A stretch of DNA of 64,000 nucleotides, taken from assembly GCA_964016885.1 (NCBI GenBank), contig OZ024741.1, positions 90,706,001-90,770,000 on the forward strand, written 5' to 3'. The notes beneath the pieces are model-generated. The model was not told the origin of the DNA. It did not search any database and was given only the letters and a program-made list of their open reading frames with translations. The DNA comes from Eledone cirrhosa (taxonomy: Eukaryota). The position numbers were made by a program, and so were the translations under genes. Of this stretch, positions 45,440-59,145 are shown piece by piece (positions within the stretch are counted from its first letter, which is position 1; each line of letters opens with the position of its first letter).

Positions 45440-45650
45440 TCGTACATCGTAAGTACCATAAGTGGACTACACATAGGGATCAAAGAGCACGTGACAATGA
45501 GAGCCTCTTCCGTCAAAAAACATCTTGACAGATGACACAGCCAAGACATTGCGGTTATCATTGAGGCAACTGAAGGCACATTTAAGGATTAAAAAAGCCG
45601 TTTTCATCAGCCGAATAAAACCAGGGATAAATAATAGGCCAGAAATGCAC
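45440..45650 (+). pseudogene. Decayed Penelope/Poseidon-type GIY-YIG tail
   Basis: IKEH...SSVKKH and LRIKKAVFISRIKPGINN resemble the R..EH / L.IKE..I...KP.LN motifs. Confidence 0.5.
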
Positions 45651-46457
45651 GAGGCAGAATGGTTACTGATGTGGTCCCATGCATGTGTTGTAGAGACACA
45701 TAGACCAGTTAGGGAAGAATACTCCGATCTCTCATTTTGTTTTGTTTTGGACTGCTTCAGCTTCGCATCTGGAACTAGGGTAATAGCCCTGAAATATCAT
45801 GTTAAAATATACATTGCTTTGTTTTGTTTTATTTTATTTGTCATTATTTGCCGTTCGTATTTTTCTACCGCAATGTACCGGCTTTTAAAAATTCAGTCTT
45901 TTACTATATATCTGCCTTCTGAGAGACGTTATTTTAAAGCCACGTGATTTTATTCGATCCTCTTACTTAGATATATATAGTGACCTTAAGCACTCATAGG
46001 AGAAGTTTGAACAATTTTTGGCTTGATTCTTTCTTCAAGTCAGTACACATCTTTCTTGTCTTTCTATATGTATGTACATATTGCTGGCTGTCTCTCAACT
46101 GAGCTTAATGTTCATTGTAACTTAGTTAATATACACATTATACATTTGGATTTAACCTAACCAGTAACGTGATATCTGCATTTTGGGAGACATTGGTTTT
46201 ATTTGATTGTCTTCCTTAGACAGTAGATTATCTAATGCACAGAGTGAAATACATTCATTACTGATGAATGTTCCCTGGTCTTGATGATGCTTGTTACTAT
46301 GATCGATGATTGGTGATTGAGGCCAATCATTAGATCGATTATAGGCATCATATTTTGGAATCTATCTTAAAACAGCCGTATAAGTGAACTTTAGACAATT
46401 TTGGCTTGGTTCTTAATATGCGCGAATACATTTATTATTTATTATTATATGTATGTA

Positions 46458-46700
46458 GAGTAATGCACTGGATAAATGTTGGCCTTGTGCCAAAAAGTAG
46501 AAACAATTATTTATATTTATTATTATATAGAGGGTCGGACGCCATGCTTTGACGCATAGAGCTGCGGCCCTTTCCATTCTGAGTTCAAATCCCGCCGAGG
46601 CTAACTTGGCATTTCATACTTACGTGGTCGATAAAATAAAGTACCAGTAATACACTGGGTAATTGCTGGCCTTATGCAAAAAAGTAGAAACAATTATTAT
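46458..46700 (+). mobile_element. SINE plus an upstream duplicated SINE tail
   Basis: gagttcaaatcccgccgagg...gtcgataaaataaagtaccag...aaaagtagaaacaattatta; tail repeated at 46458-46512. Confidence 0.8.
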
Positions 46701-46772
46701 ATGTATGTACATGATACTAGTTGTTTCTCAATTAGATATATGAAAGAAACTTGTTCGTATACAGTTTAAATT

Positions 46773-46823
<51 letters not shown>

Positions 46824-46867
46824 ATATATGTGTGTATATACATATATGTGTGTGTTAGTGTGTATGG

Positions 46868-46922
<55 letters not shown>

Positions 46923-47269
46923 AGTCAAGAAAGACATGTCCTGTATGACTGTGACTAGATCGTTATGTAACGTGTTTAGCACATTTTCAGACTACTTCTC
47001 AATCGTTTTCACGGCGAGGTGTTGGTAAATTGTGCAGTGAACATAGCCTAAGACTCTATCGTCTCTGTGAATATATTCACACTAGGCAAAGACTGCACAT
47101 TCAAACATGATTTAGTCAACAGTCTCATTATACTGACAGCATAGTCTTCACTTGATATTAGCCTCTTTACATATTGTTAGTTTTGGTTAAACCTTCTGTT
47201 TTCGCTTTTAGCCCAGAGATTTTGAAGCACTATTAGCTCCGATTATTGGTATCATTATTATTATTCTGT

Positions 47270-47725
47270 TAAAGGTGGGGATTGACAGAATGTGTAGTAC
47301 TTCAGATAAAATGCCATTGCGATATTTGTCCTGGTTCTTTACGTTCTGAGTTCAAATCCCGCCGAGTTTAACTTCGCCTTCGATCCTTCCGAGGTCGAGA
47401 AGATAAAGTATCAATCAAGTGCTTGAGTTGATTTAATCGACATTTTCCTCCCACAAAATTATTAGCTTTGTGTCTATATCAGAAAACTTTATTCTGTTAG
47501 GGGTGGTGGATTGGCAGAATGTGTAGTGCTTCAGATAAAGTGCCATTGCGATATTTGTCCTGGCTTTTTACGTTCTGAGTTCAACTCTCACCGAAATCAA
47601 CTTGTCCTTTGATCCTTCCGATGTCGCTAAAATAAAGTACCAACCAAATACTGAGGTTGATTTAATCAACTTTGTCCCTCCCTCAAATTTACTATTCTTT
47701 TGTCTAATAGAAATCAATATTATTA
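47270..47725 (+). mobile_element. Tandem pair of SINEs
   Basis: attggcagaatgtgtagt.cttcagataaa.tgccattgcgatatttgtcctgg...acgttctgagttcaa near 47280 and 47510. Confidence 0.8.
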
Positions 47726-48774
47726 TTCCGTTAATCGTAAAAGTATTCTAATATACTGGAGCCTTTCTGTAGAGTAAATTTGCATATAAACCATTCTTTA
47801 CCATATTTTCTAGACAGTGCTTTACGTAATATATGGGTGTTTCCTAGGAGTTCTATTTATATATGTAAGGTCTCAATGCAACTGCTCGATTATTTTTTCT
47901 GTATCATGTTCCATGACTCTCGATATTTCTGGAATCGATTATTTTTGTACACGTGAATGCAGCATGGCCAAGAAGTTAATTTCATAGTTATTAGGTCCCG
48001 GGTTTGATCCCACTGTGTGACGTCTTGGGCAAGTGTTATTTACCATAGCCTCGAATCAACTGATGACCTTTGTGTGAAATTGGGCAGGCAAGAACTCTTT
48101 GGTAGCTCGTCGGATTGCCTGTACGTGTAATTTAAAGAGCTAGCTATTTCATAGACTGTTGCGTTGAATTTTCCTGAAAATTACGTTGCGAGTACACGTG
48201 TCTGTGGAATGCTCAGTCCCCTACCTGTTAATTTCACGAGTAGACTGTTCTCTGGATCGAAAAATTGAACACCCGTCCTCGAAACTGACGGAGGTCCATT
48301 CTATTCCTATGCCCATATTTCACATTCTCATTTCATAATCTCTTGGTCATTCAACCTTCTTTACCGATGATATCAATTCAGTAAGCTACTTCAATTAGTA
48401 TACAGGACCTGTATTTCTCGGCTTTTATAATGGTGACCGTTTGGTTCGTTCTTATCTTTGTATTTGTATGAGTGTTTGTGGTTTTTGAGGAATCTGTGGG
48501 CGAAGTATTTATTTCTGTCTAATATGTTTGTTTGAGTGCAACCTTTTGTTTTTAACGTATTTAGCAACTTGTATTAGGTAAGTGCTTAGTCCAATGGAAC
48601 CGGTTTTATATACCCACATCAATTGCACACGACCTCTTTCTCTGCCCTATCTTGGGAAATACTTGCGATGTTTGTCAGGTTTGGGATTATTAACATTTGG
48701 TAAGGTGACAACACACCCACACATATACACACACACCCATACATGTACACAAATACGAACGGAGGCACACATAC

Positions 48775-48842
<68 letters not shown>

Positions 48843-49417
48843 GTCTATGTAGTTTTAAACTGGTAAAAATATCATTTTCTATGGAATTTCTTGGGGGGGG
48901 GGGGTATTGTTTTACAAAAGTTTTAAATTGAGTGGGAATTTGAAGGTGATTATGCAGTACAGTTAACATCTATTGTCACATCACGCCTGTATTAGAATCA
49001 ATTTGAAAACAAAATATGTTTTTTTTTTCAAATACCACAATGTTGACTATAATAATAGGTGATTATCATATTGTTAGATACACAGCTGGTATATGTCTAG
49101 CAACAAGTATTATTGTAAGATTTGATGTAATATATTTACCCTTCAGACTAAATTGAATAGAGGATTAAATTTGTGAGCATTTTAATTACATATGTATTTG
49201 TTTTGTTTTTTTAGTGTATTACATTTACATCTAATTACATTTATTTACTATTCTTCTAGTTGCAGTCATAAGAGTGTGACTGTGTAAACGCAGGTTTTCA
49301 AATGTTTGAGTCGATCATATCAACTTCAAACCTTATTTCAGTTTGTCTAACCAATAAGTTTCGGGCCATAAGAGGACACAACGATAGCATTTATGCAAAT
49401 ATAAATACAGACGCAGA

Positions 49418-49475
<58 letters not shown>

Positions 49476-49910
49476 CATATATAATCGTCTTATTTTATCT
49501 TCCAGCCGAGCCAGCCGATAATTCTGTATATGCAAATGAGGGTGATCACATGGGCTTCTAAAGTATATATTTTCGCTTACGTTAATTTCCAGCAGCAAAT
49601 GAGGCAGCGACCACTAACTCGATAACGAGTAGAGTCAGAAATGATGATGTCATTATCACTAGTTACTCGTCCTTAGTTTCTGCTGGAACACGCTAGATGG
49701 CACTACGACATCAGTTTTCAAATTCATAGCTGAAGGCTTTTACAATGATTATTTATAAACATACCGTATATCACCAGATATACAAATCACGTATTTCATA
49801 TACAAAGCTATATTAGAGCAAATACCCTTATATATATATATATATATAAAAGAAAACTTTTTTCGCTCTACATGGAATACAATAAATGTAATCTGACTTT
49901 TTCGAATATT

Positions 49911-50097
49911 AATAATTGTTTCTAATTTAAGCACAAGGCCAGCAATTACCCAGTACATTACTGGTACTTTATTTTATCGACCCCGTAAGGATGAAAGGCA
50001 AAGTCAACCTCGGCGGGATTTGAACTCAGATCGTAAAGGGACGTAACTATGCTGGAAAGCATGGCGTCCGACCCTCTACCGATACTGCCAATCCACC
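49911..50097 (-). mobile_element. tRNA-derived SINE
   Basis: Near-identical to 1816-2003. Confidence 0.87.
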
Positions 50098-50229
50098 GCC
50101 CTATAATAACATTCGATTCGTTTGCAATTATGCAAACAAGCCTCAATTTTATAGCCATGTCAGTAGAATGAACCCTTCATTCTTGCTCTTGTGTTGGCAT
50201 GTGAACAGAACTGTATATATATATATATG

Positions 50230-50333
<104 letters not shown>

Positions 50334-50358
50334 TGTAATAAACAACATAAGGCAATTA

Positions 50359-50419
50359 TTTCATTTACCAGTGGTTTCTTAAAAGCAAAAAAATTTTGCT
50401 TTCAATCATCAGAATGAAA
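50359..50419 (-). ncRNA. Type I hammerhead ribozyme
   Basis: tttcatt-CTGATGA-ttgaaagcaaaa-ttt-ttttgcttttaa-GAAA-cca-c-tgg-TA-aatgaaa; 7-bp stem I, 12-bp stem II, about 30 nt from (TA)n. Confidence 0.88.
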
Positions 50420-50519
50420 AAATCCTGGTGTATTTATTGACGTTGGATTTTAAAAACAAAAATGCAATCTATATGAAAGTGAGGCTGGAAAAGGAAGAAG
50501 GAAAGGAAAAATAAAATAA

Positions 50520-50557
50520 AAACACACATGCAAACACACACACACACACATAATTAT

Positions 50558-50600
<43 letters not shown>

Positions 50601-50738
50601 CACACATACATACACACACATATATATACACACACACACATATATATGTGTATATATATACATACACATACATATACACATACATACATACACACATAAA
50701 TATCAACATATCCATACATACACATACATATATACAAC

Positions 50739-50781
<43 letters not shown>

Positions 50782-51389
50782 ACATACATATACATACACA
50801 TATACATACACATACATACATACATACACACAATCATAAGTATATACACACGTACATACATACACATACATACACACATATATACACGCATACATACGCA
50901 TGCACAAAAATAGAAATATATACACACACCTCTACATACTCACACACACAAAAAATATAAGAAAAAATATATAATAATAAAAAACATAAAAATGAGTATA
51001 AAGACTATTATAGTGTTGACAGCGATACAGGCAACAAATAAATGAACAAACACACGTGGTAAGCAATACACACAAATGCACGTACACATACATACGTAAA
51101 AAAATACATACACACACTCTCACACATAAATATACATACACAAATACATAAACACATACATACGCATACACAAATACATACATACACACACATATACATA
51201 TTTACACACACATACATACATATATGTATATATATATATATATATATATACACATACATACATAAGCATACAAATATACACATACATATACATACATATC
51301 ACAAACACGTACATACAAATACAAACACACACATATATATGTGTGTAAAACTCATTCTTAGATAATTCATATGAACCTTATTTAATTCT

Positions 51390-51447
<58 letters not shown>

Positions 51448-51558
51448 TACATACTCACATACACATATATACCGACACACCTACACACACATATATACAT
51501 ACACATACGTATGCATACGTACATACACACACACACACATATATATACATATATAACT

Positions 51559-51624
<66 letters not shown>

Positions 51625-51986
51625 AAGAACATAATTATTATATATATATATAAAAAAATAAATATTGTATATATAAAAATAAAAATAAAAATAAAAATAA
51701 AAATAAAAATAAAAATGAAAATAAAAAGTTGGGAATACGACAAATAATAAATAAAAAAATATATATTTAGAAAAGGGTATAAATGCTTATAGCAGATTTA
51801 GAGCACTCAACAAGTTCCTGGAGCAAAAGATCAATGAAATAATCATTAAATTACTATATATAATGATGCATATACATACATCCTTATACATATATACATA
51901 TACACACACATATACACATATATATACATACACACACACACACAAAAAAAACACAACCACAGAAATACACACACACATACAATTAC

Positions 51987-52055
<69 letters not shown>

Positions 52056-52432
52056 TGGGAAAAAGTCTGACCCCACGGCAGAGCTCAAGCCTTTTCTGAG
52101 GCTATTATATATATACACACAACACCACTATATAAAAAAATACATATACACGCACAAATATACACACGCCCATACACACACATTAAATCTATATATACAC
52201 ACATACATACATACACATATATACATACATATATATACATATATATATATATACACATACATACATATAAATATATACACACACGCGCACAAATACAACA
52301 GAAATATATAATATATACGATTATATATACATATACATATACATACAGATAGATATAAACATACATACACACACATATATACATACACATATAAATATAT
52401 ATACACACACATATACATACACATATATATAT

Positions 52433-52487
<55 letters not shown>

Positions 52488-52578
52488 CATATACATATAT
52501 ACACATATACATACATATACGCAACACAAAAAAAATTAATATCTAAAAATAAAATATATATATATATGTGAAAAAATG

Positions 52579-52629
<51 letters not shown>

Positions 52630-52630
52630 G
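50520..52630. repeat. Compound (TA)/(CA)/(TACA) microsatellite field
   Basis: About 2 kb of alternating purine-pyrimidine repeats with short unique islands; one of many such tracts. Confidence 0.95.
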
Positions 52631-52779
52631 GCGAAGTGGTGAGAATACTTTGCTGACCTCCTATACAATACCACCTTCTGATGCTATTGCGACTAATTAT
52701 GGAGGGAATGTCTATGCAAAATGTTTGGCAAGGAGATGTAGAGAGCCGACCAAATATTCACACTGCGTCAGGCATACAA

Positions 52780-53820
52780 CCACCGTCCACAGGACCTATT
52801 GTGAAAGGTTCTACAGGTATATGGGATTGATTAACAGATTCTTGTTAACCTGATGTCTCTGTATGAATTTTCTAGTATTTGTGTTTGGATAAATGGTGCT
52901 AAGTCGAAACCATTCAATGTGGGTGTCAGACTTTATCAAGGGTGCATACTGTCACTTCTCATGTTCATAATCTTCATGGACATGATTGACAAGCGCAGCT
53001 AATTCAGAAGTGTTATCACAATTGACGGATGTAGAGCCAGTCGGCTGGAATTTGTGAACGACATAGTATTATTCAACACGTCAGAAGGTGATTTCCGACA
53101 TGCACTTGATGTTTTCCGCCGAGTGCTGCACGGTAGAAATGAGAATCAGCGCTGTAAAGACTGAGACACACGTCCTTTCAAGAAAGCCTGCATGTGAATG
53201 GAATTCCACTGAAGCAGATGAAGAAGTCCAAATATCTCGGGGCACTCTTCGAGAGTGATAGAAGGCTGGAGACTGAATTAAGTGCAAGAATTGCAGGAGC
53301 TGGTGCAGTAATGCACCAGCTTCACCATTCGGTCATCAGATGAAGGGAGGTAGGAGAAAAGCTAAACTCACTATCTTTGATTCAGTATTCGTATCAGCCT
53401 TAGCTATGGTCATGGATCTTGGGTAATAACCGAAGGAATACGATTTCGAGTACAAGCGGCCGAAATGTGGTGCCTCCGAAGAGTCTTCGAAGTAATGTTA
53501 CTTGATAGAGTGTGTAGCTCGTATAGCAAATGTTGCTCCAGGTAGAGCCCCTAATTCTCCGAATCACAGATATCACGATGTGGTTAGAACATCTCACGAC
53601 AGAATAGCTGGACAGATTTTTTACGAGTAAAACCAACCAGCAGGAGATCTAGGGGTAGACCCTAAGCAAGATGGTTGGATAATATCCATGAGCTCGGTTT
53701 GTCTCGCTTGGGAATTCAGCTGGATCAATTGATTTCTGACAGGATCCGCTGGAAGGTGTGTTTGAGGCCTCTGACTCTATGACCCTCCCAGGAATATGTG
53801 GACAAGAAGAAGAAGAAGAA
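52780..53820 (+). mobile_element. Decayed RTE-type LINE 3' half
   Basis: SKPFNVGVRLYQGCILSLLMFIIFMD, LEFVNDIV, KYLG, RSRGRP.ARWLD; ends with (GAA)5. Confidence 0.8.
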
Positions 53821-55549
53821 CCCTATACAACTAATTTTCGTCAGCTGATTTGACTGGTGCAACGTGAAATAAGGTACTTTCTCAAGGCCAAAATGTGTCG
53901 CCGAGAATCGAATTCATCTGCTTTCACCTCACACATGGATACACATTCACAGACAAGCATACTTTCACATAAACACAGGCTCATACTCACACAGTTACAT
54001 ATTCCTTTACATATATTGGAATACATACATATTACATATATACAGATACTGACACACTAACACACATACACACACATTTATATATACAAACAGTCACTCA
54101 CTCTCACACATATTTGTAATCATACATTAACCCACTAACAGGCACACACATTCACTTAAGCACACACAAGTTCACAGACAATAACATACTCTCTTATACA
54201 AACACACTTAATCACACTCGCGTACATACATTCACATTCAAACATAAGCAGTCACAAACAATCTTACATCTATATTCAATAACGCTTATTTAAACTCACT
54301 CACACAGATAAAGACATACAGACGCGCATACCTACACACATATACTCAGTATACAAAAACCTGTTTCTCAAACAAAATGTTTTGATAAGTCTATGAATAC
54401 ATGTATTTATTTGCATTGGTTGTTGTGTATAAAGGGTGTGTACGTGTATGTATTTCTCTGTGTGAGTACGTGAATATATGTGAATTTAGGTATGTATACA
54501 AGTTCATGTGTGTGCTTTTGTGTATTTACAATTATATAGATACATGGTGATGGACCTCCGTCGTTTTCGACGAAGTTCCAGTTATTTAGTCAACGGAGCA
54601 GTCTGCTCGGGAAACTAACATGCAAGTGGCAGAGCATTCTACAGACATGTGTACACAGATACAACTCATTTTTGCCAGTTGAGTAGACTGAAGCAACATA
54701 AAATAAAGTATCTTGGCAAAACACGTCTCCGAGGATCGAATACATGACATTGCGACTATAAGCCGAACACCCTAAACACTAAGCTAAATGCATTCACATT
54801 CATATCATATAGATACATGAAAACCTAACTCAAAATAAAAAAAAACAAAATGCTAAAATTGTGTATATGTACATATTTCCTACACTTTGTAAAGTGAATG
54901 AATGAAAAAGCAAAAGAGATTGTGTTGCTTATCTCTTTCTAAATAGCATTAAGCCATTAAGTGAATAAAAAGGTTCTCATCAAAAATTGAAACCATCTCA
55001 TCAACTGTCTCGTTATAGACAGAATACGAGAAAGAAAGAAGTAGAGAAAACAGATGGCAAATGATTGTTACTCTCCTGCAATAAACGAGTGAAAACAAAT
55101 GTAGTAGAAAACAAGCTAGAAGTAGCGGTGAAAATATCGGTGAATCAGAAAATCAGTCAAGAACACTCGTTTATAATAAAAAGGTCGCACATGAAGGCAA
55201 AATAGCAAAAGAAAGACAGACGGAAAGAATGAAAGCACTATGGTAAGAAAACAAAACATGTCACTTACTAGAACATATTTTACACAAAGCAAGTATTGTT
55301 GAACATAAAGCATAAAGAGATCAGACGAGACACAATCATTTACAGTGAAAATATCACGCCATACGTGATTGTCACACCATAGGCCCTTAACATTGATTCA
55401 ACGGGGCACCGTAGTTATGTATAGCGTATCTTTTGGACTTAAACCTAGTGGAACCCATCCTCTCTCCAGGTCTGAACACGGCCGATTTCTTTCACAGAAA
55501 GATCGAAAGATGTGAATGAGTAAGTGAGAAAATGAGGACGAATCGGCTT

Positions 55550-55695
55550 CCACAGTACTGGTACTTTATTAATAGATTCAGAAAGGATGAAAAGCAAGGC
55601 TGACCTTGACATGATTTGAACTCAGAGCACAGGAAGCTGGAACGAATGCCGCGAAAAATTCTCTCCGACGTTCTAACTATTCCGCCAATTCAATG
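55550..55695 (-). mobile_element. Decayed SINE
   Basis: actggtactttatt...aaaggatgaaaagcaaggctgaccttgacatgatttgaactcaga. Confidence 0.65.
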
Positions 55696-56031
55696 TTATA
55701 CAGTACATGATTACTTTTAACAAAATCAGCTTAATAGTAGCAAAAGGAAAAAAAAAAAAAGAAATCAGCGCCATGTTGAATTTCCTTGAGTATTTATTAC
55801 GTTAAGGGCACACGAGTCTGGAACGTTCATCCACGTGCCGGTTAATTTCATGAGCAGGCTGTTGAGTTGATTGAAGAAGTGGAACACACATTGACGGAAC
55901 CAACGGAGATTCAACATCAACAACATATAAGCATGTACACACACATATATATATATATAAGCATGTACACACAAACACACATACACGCACAAACACACAC
56001 ATACACACACATATATATATATGTGCGTGTG

Positions 56032-56066
<35 letters not shown>

Positions 56067-56795
56067 ACACATTGTACACATTGGTTCCGTCGATGTGTGT
56101 TCTTCAATCAACTGAGGAGGTTGAGAGTAACATCGACATTTCGGCGGTAATAACTTAGTCAGACTGTGAGCTCTATAGGCATATATATCAGTTATATTAT
56201 TGGCTCTTGTGGATGTAGGCCGGGTTTCTATGTATGGTCCCATAACTCCTGAAAGAGATGCAGAGGCGTGTCATGAGCACTTTTCAAACATCGCTCTCCA
56301 GGTTTGAACACAGAGAAAAATGTAAGTGAGAAGGAAAGGGATAAAGAGGAAGAATCGACCCCAATACTGAATTGGTATAATTTTCATCGACTTCAAAAGG
56401 ATGAAAGGAAGAGTTTACCTTTCCACCATTTAAACATAGACCGCAGAGAGTTGGAACAAATACCGCAATGCATACTGTCCGACCATCTAACCGGTCTGTC
56501 GATTCACTGCCTACGCCATGTTTATGATATGGTAAAATTTGATGTAATGAAAATTTGACTTCAGAAGTATAAATAATCTTTTAGGGCGTGAGTGTTTGAG
56601 TGTATAAAAAAAGAAGAAGAAGAAGAAGAAAGAAGAAGAAATTGGTGTTAATTGAAACTTTTAAGTTTAAGTAGATGAAATGAAATTAACTAAATATATA
56701 AAAGTCATGCACCATTTAAATTTAATCAATTAAGTTTTTTAATAAATCTTGATTTTCTTTTTGCATAATCATAGTTAAAGCACACACACACACAC

Positions 56796-56913
<118 letters not shown>

Positions 56914-57074
56914 GCGCATCTGTATATATTGTGTGAAGACACAGAGCTTAGTGGTTACGGTGTTCGGCTTGCTTACGAGCATAAGGTCAAGAATTTGATT
57001 AACTATCTTTAAACACTTTATTTCACGTTACCCAGTTCACTCTCTGGGTTAAAAAAATGTATATATATATATAT

Positions 57075-57117
<43 letters not shown>

Positions 57118-57189
57118 GTAAATTTTAGCGAAGGGCCATATGAAGTTCTGCACAAATTTATACATATTTTTCTGGGGTAGATTACTAGT

Positions 57190-57990
57190 TCATCAGAGAG
57201 TATTTTAGCGATAAAGACAAGCATGTTCCATAGTTTATCGATACGAGAGCCGGCATCGAACATGTTAACACCAGTATACCCCATCTGTCCGGTCGCATGT
57301 CAGATTCCAGGTCTCTGCTAATTATTTGCCCACTCTTTAATGTTGTCTTTTCACTTTTATTTTTAACTGTCTCTCTTACGCCCACCCTCCACAATTCCTT
57401 GTAGATGGTCGTCACGTTAAATGGCCATTCCATCATAGCTTCTTTATCTTCACTATTGTGAGAACAATGTGATGAATTATTTTGCGGAGCTGCTCGATAT
57501 GATATGCCAAAAATATTGCGATAGTATCTCATTTCTAGTATATATATCTTTCTCTGTACTTCTACAGTTAGGATATTGGTCTCACATGCCTATAGGAAGT
57601 TGGAGATTAGCATTGAAAACGTGTTTCATCTTGTTCTTCATGGTGATGTTTTTTCTTTCCATATTGGTTTCAGTTTGATTAATGCAGTCATTGCTAGTGA
57701 GGTTTTTGTAAGCGTGTCTGGTTCTGATACTTTATCATTAATGATTGTCCCCACCCAAGTTATTTAAATTGCTACACTGTTACTGGTTTTTGTTCTTGTT
57801 CATAGATGTCTGTCGTGATGAAACCATTGGTGTTTGTCATGAGTTTAGCCCATTCCCAACTTGATGGAAGCCTTATCAAGGGGTTAACTAGATCATTACT
57901 GACGTCAGCAAATCTCAGGTTTGTGATGTTTCTTCCTCTAATTCTGACTGTGCCCACTTATTATCCTCTCCAAGATGTAGGGAAAAAAAT
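57190..57990 (-). mobile_element. Decayed RTE/BovB-like LINE fragment
   Basis: [17 protein letters not shown], FKxLG and downstream thumb-like segments with stops. Confidence 0.7.
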
Positions 57991-58045
57991 CGTGGAAGTT
58001 ATTTATGATTCCGCGAATAACCTGGACCACGAATTCCGGGGTATA

Positions 58046-58147
<102 letters not shown>

Positions 58148-58165
58148 ATATATATATATATAAAT

Positions 58166-58242
<77 letters not shown>

Positions 58243-58248
<6 letters not shown>

Positions 58249-58694
58249 ATGTAGAAAAGATAACACACTAGAGAGAGAGATAGTGCGCCATCAGTCATAC
58301 AGGGAAAAACCACCAGTGTATGGAATCTATAGCCCATGGACACACACAATAATTAAAAGTAGAAATTAAAGTGTAAATACATACCTCGATAACTATCTAA
58401 CACACACGTACAAATCCAAAAAGATCTGTTTCACCAAATAATTTGTTGACAGAAATTAGCCTATGGTTCATCAGCGTCTGTAAGGCTATACATTTCAGAC
58501 AACACTAAGAGAATCTAAAGCGACCGCCTAGCCACATGTGGGAGAGAGAATTCACAGCGTGCCTAGGGCAGTAACCAGTGGACTCTCAGGGACGAGCTGC
58601 TAGAAAGGGCAGCCCAAACCACTCAGAGAAGAGTGCTCAACCAAACAGAGAGAGAGGAGAGACTGTTCGAGAGTCTATGGCTCCGTTAATTTAT

Positions 58695-58701
<7 letters not shown>
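58243..58701 (-). mobile_element. Second copy of the 3868-4701 non-coding family
   Basis: Collinear with 3873-4325; HHR-like CTGATGA-acca...tggt-GAAACAGATC near 58422-58475; same terminal inversion ctccgttaatttatcgtga then (TA)n. Confidence 0.75.
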
Positions 58702-58763
<62 letters not shown>

Positions 58764-58945
58764 AAATAAGAGAGACGGTTTTATTCGTACATTATCTTCA
58801 TTTTATTATCTAATGAATACAAATCGTAAAGTGCTTCATATCTATTTACAAAAAAGTCGGCGGATTTTTGATTAACCAACTTTCGAATGAATAATATATG
58901 TAGGTGTGTGTGTGTGCGTGTGCGTGTGCGTGTGCGTGTGTGTGT

Positions 58946-59040
<95 letters not shown>

Positions 59041-59145
59041 CTTACAAACGAGAAGAGGAATGGCGAAACAGCCTGGATAAATATTTAGTTCAATGTTTAT
59101 TAATGCGAATCTCCTAGCTAGTATAATTTCTATTAATTGTAAAAA